DNA of 63,077 nucleotides, counting the filler, from Octopus bimaculoides (taxonomy: Eukaryota): the NCBI RefSeq assembly GCF_001194135.2. It is 8 parts of 8 records of this genome, joined end to end, with 100 filler letters (N's around TTAATTAATTAA, not from the genome) between each part and the next. Parts side by side here need not be neighbours in the genome. Positions count along the whole stretch, not along the records: positions 60,866 to 63,077 come from NC_068995.1; 7 more parts are not named here. The stretch is one strand, 5' to 3'. A model generated the notes under the pieces. That model saw only the letters and a program-made list of their open reading frames with translations. It was not told where the DNA came from and ran no database searches. Both the position numbers and the translations under genes were made by a program. Of this stretch, positions 61,431-63,077 are shown piece after piece (within the stretch, counting starts at the first letter, position 1; every line of letters begins with the position of its first letter).

Positions 61431-61505
61431 CTTGTCTTCAATATTTCGGGGTTATGACCCCATTTTCAAGAAATTGACGTATGTTGCCGACATAACTTCG
61501 TACAT
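61431..61505 (-). other. Candidate 75-nt exon with strong splice sites, one stop codon in each frame
   Basis: Acceptor GTTTCTTCCCTCAG|, donor AAG|GTGAGTT; unique sequence between a SINE and microsatellites. Confidence 0.4.
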
Positions 61506-61544
61506 CTGAGGGAAGAAACATCGGCAACATTCGTTAATTTTGGC

Positions 61545-62239
61545 AATGATGACGATGATGATGATGGCGATGACAATGACGATGTTCATGATAATGATCA
61601 TTATAATGATAGTGGTGATGATGATGATGATGATGAAGGGATTGGTGTGGTTGTTGCTGGTGGTGATGTTGATAGTGACGATGGTGTCGTTGCTCTTGGT
61701 GATTAGGACGACGGCGACGATGGTGATAACGATGACGGCGGCGGTGATGATGACAATGACGATAATGACGAGGATGAGGATGAGGATGAAGGGAGAAGAG
61801 GAAGACGAAAAGAAATGATGTAGAAGAAAAAAAACGAAAGAAGAAAAAGGAGAAGATGATGATGATGAGAAGNNNNNNNNNNNNNNNNNNNNNNNNNNNN
61901 NNNNNNNNNNNNNNNNNNNNNNNNNNNNNNNNNNNNNNNNNNNNNNNNNNNNNNNNNNNNNNNNNNNNNNNNNNNNNNNNNNNNNNNNNNNNNNNNNNNN
62001 NNNNNNNNNNNNNNNNNNNNNNNNNNNNNNNNNNNNNNNNNNNNNNNNNNNNNNNNNNNNNNNNNNNNNNNNNNNNNNNNNNNNNNNNNNNNNNNNNNNN
62101 NNNNNNNNNNNNNNNNNNNNNNNNNNNNNNNNNNNNNNNNNNNNNNNNNNNNNNNNNNNNNNNNNNNNNNNNNNNNNNNNNNNNNNNNNNNNNNNNNNNN
62201 NNNNNNNNNNNNNNNNNNNNNNNNNNNNNNNNNNNNNNN

Positions 62240-62286
<47 letters not shown>

Positions 62287-62700
62287 GCAGGAGTGGTGGT
62301 GTTGGTGTTGGTGGTGGGGGTAGTGTTGGTGGTGGTGGTGATAGAGATAACTGCAATAGCAACGAACCGCAAATGAAAAGAGCAAAAAAACCCCCAAAAA
62401 AGCCCCCAAACAAACTGAAAAAGCCAAAACAAAAGACAAACAAAACAAAAGCAAAAACAAAAAAATAAAAATCGTATATTAATGTAGAAAAGAAAGTCAA
62501 GTAAAGATACAAACAAAATATACAATGAAATAAATCTAGAAAAATACAAAACAATAAACAATAAACAAAAAAACGCAAACAAACGTTAACAATAACATCA
62601 TCATCGTCATCATCATCATCAAATACCACCACCACCACCACCACCACCACCGTTATCATCGTTGTCGTCATCATTAACAACAGCAGCAACAATATTAGAC
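61545..62700. repeat. Degenerate (GAT/GGT/CAT)n trinucleotide region around a gap
   Basis: Direct reading; source of the long poly-H/I/S/M ORFs. Confidence 0.9.
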
Positions 62701-63045
62701 AATGAATTCATTGCGAAATGAAGTAAAGCAGAATGTTTTTGAGTGGAGCAGACGATATGGGGACGGCCATGTTATCACAGAATGAATATGTTGCTATGGG
62801 TTGACCGGAGAGGAGAAAAAACAACAACAACAACATAGAAATATAACGCACGCAAACACCCACACTAACACACATAAACACGCACACACACACACATATA
62901 TACATATATACATTTATACATATATACACAGGTACACGCAAGCACACATATTCATATATGTGATATATGTGTGTGTGTGTGTGTGCGTATGTATATGTTT
63001 AATATTTATTTATATATGTATATATGAATATAACTATATATATAC

Positions 63046-63077
<32 letters not shown>

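Overview
AT-rich eukaryotic (animal) genomic DNA from a gapped draft assembly. The very dense microsatellites and the recurring SINE/LINE families suggest a coleoid cephalopod, probably Octopus; this is my recognition, not a database result. No intact, recognisable host protein-coding gene is present, and most ORF-track entries are microsatellite or N-gap read-throughs. Supported content: (i) dozens of tRNA-headed SINE copies of several modular families; (ii) decayed restriction-like-endonuclease (R4/Dong-type) LINEs, some of them and their derivatives sitting in (TAA)n tracts; (iii) an RTE-type RT fragment with a complete C4HC3 PHD-like finger inside the RT domain; (iv) a decayed Helitron Rep with a nested Helentron-type non-autonomous element; (v) a Tigger/pogo transposase remnant; (vi) two long fold-back hairpins; (vii) minimal type I hammerhead ribozyme motifs of the Penelope-like class. 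Three of these motifs are well formed and unrelated in sequence (21709-21839 +, 23259-23342 +, 32356-32461 -), and there is a fourth, decayed one. Each of the three has a self-complementary 8-nt stem III and a long insert on stem II. A few strong splice signals, mostly on the minus strand, hint at a cryptic transcription unit, but this cannot be established from sequence alone.
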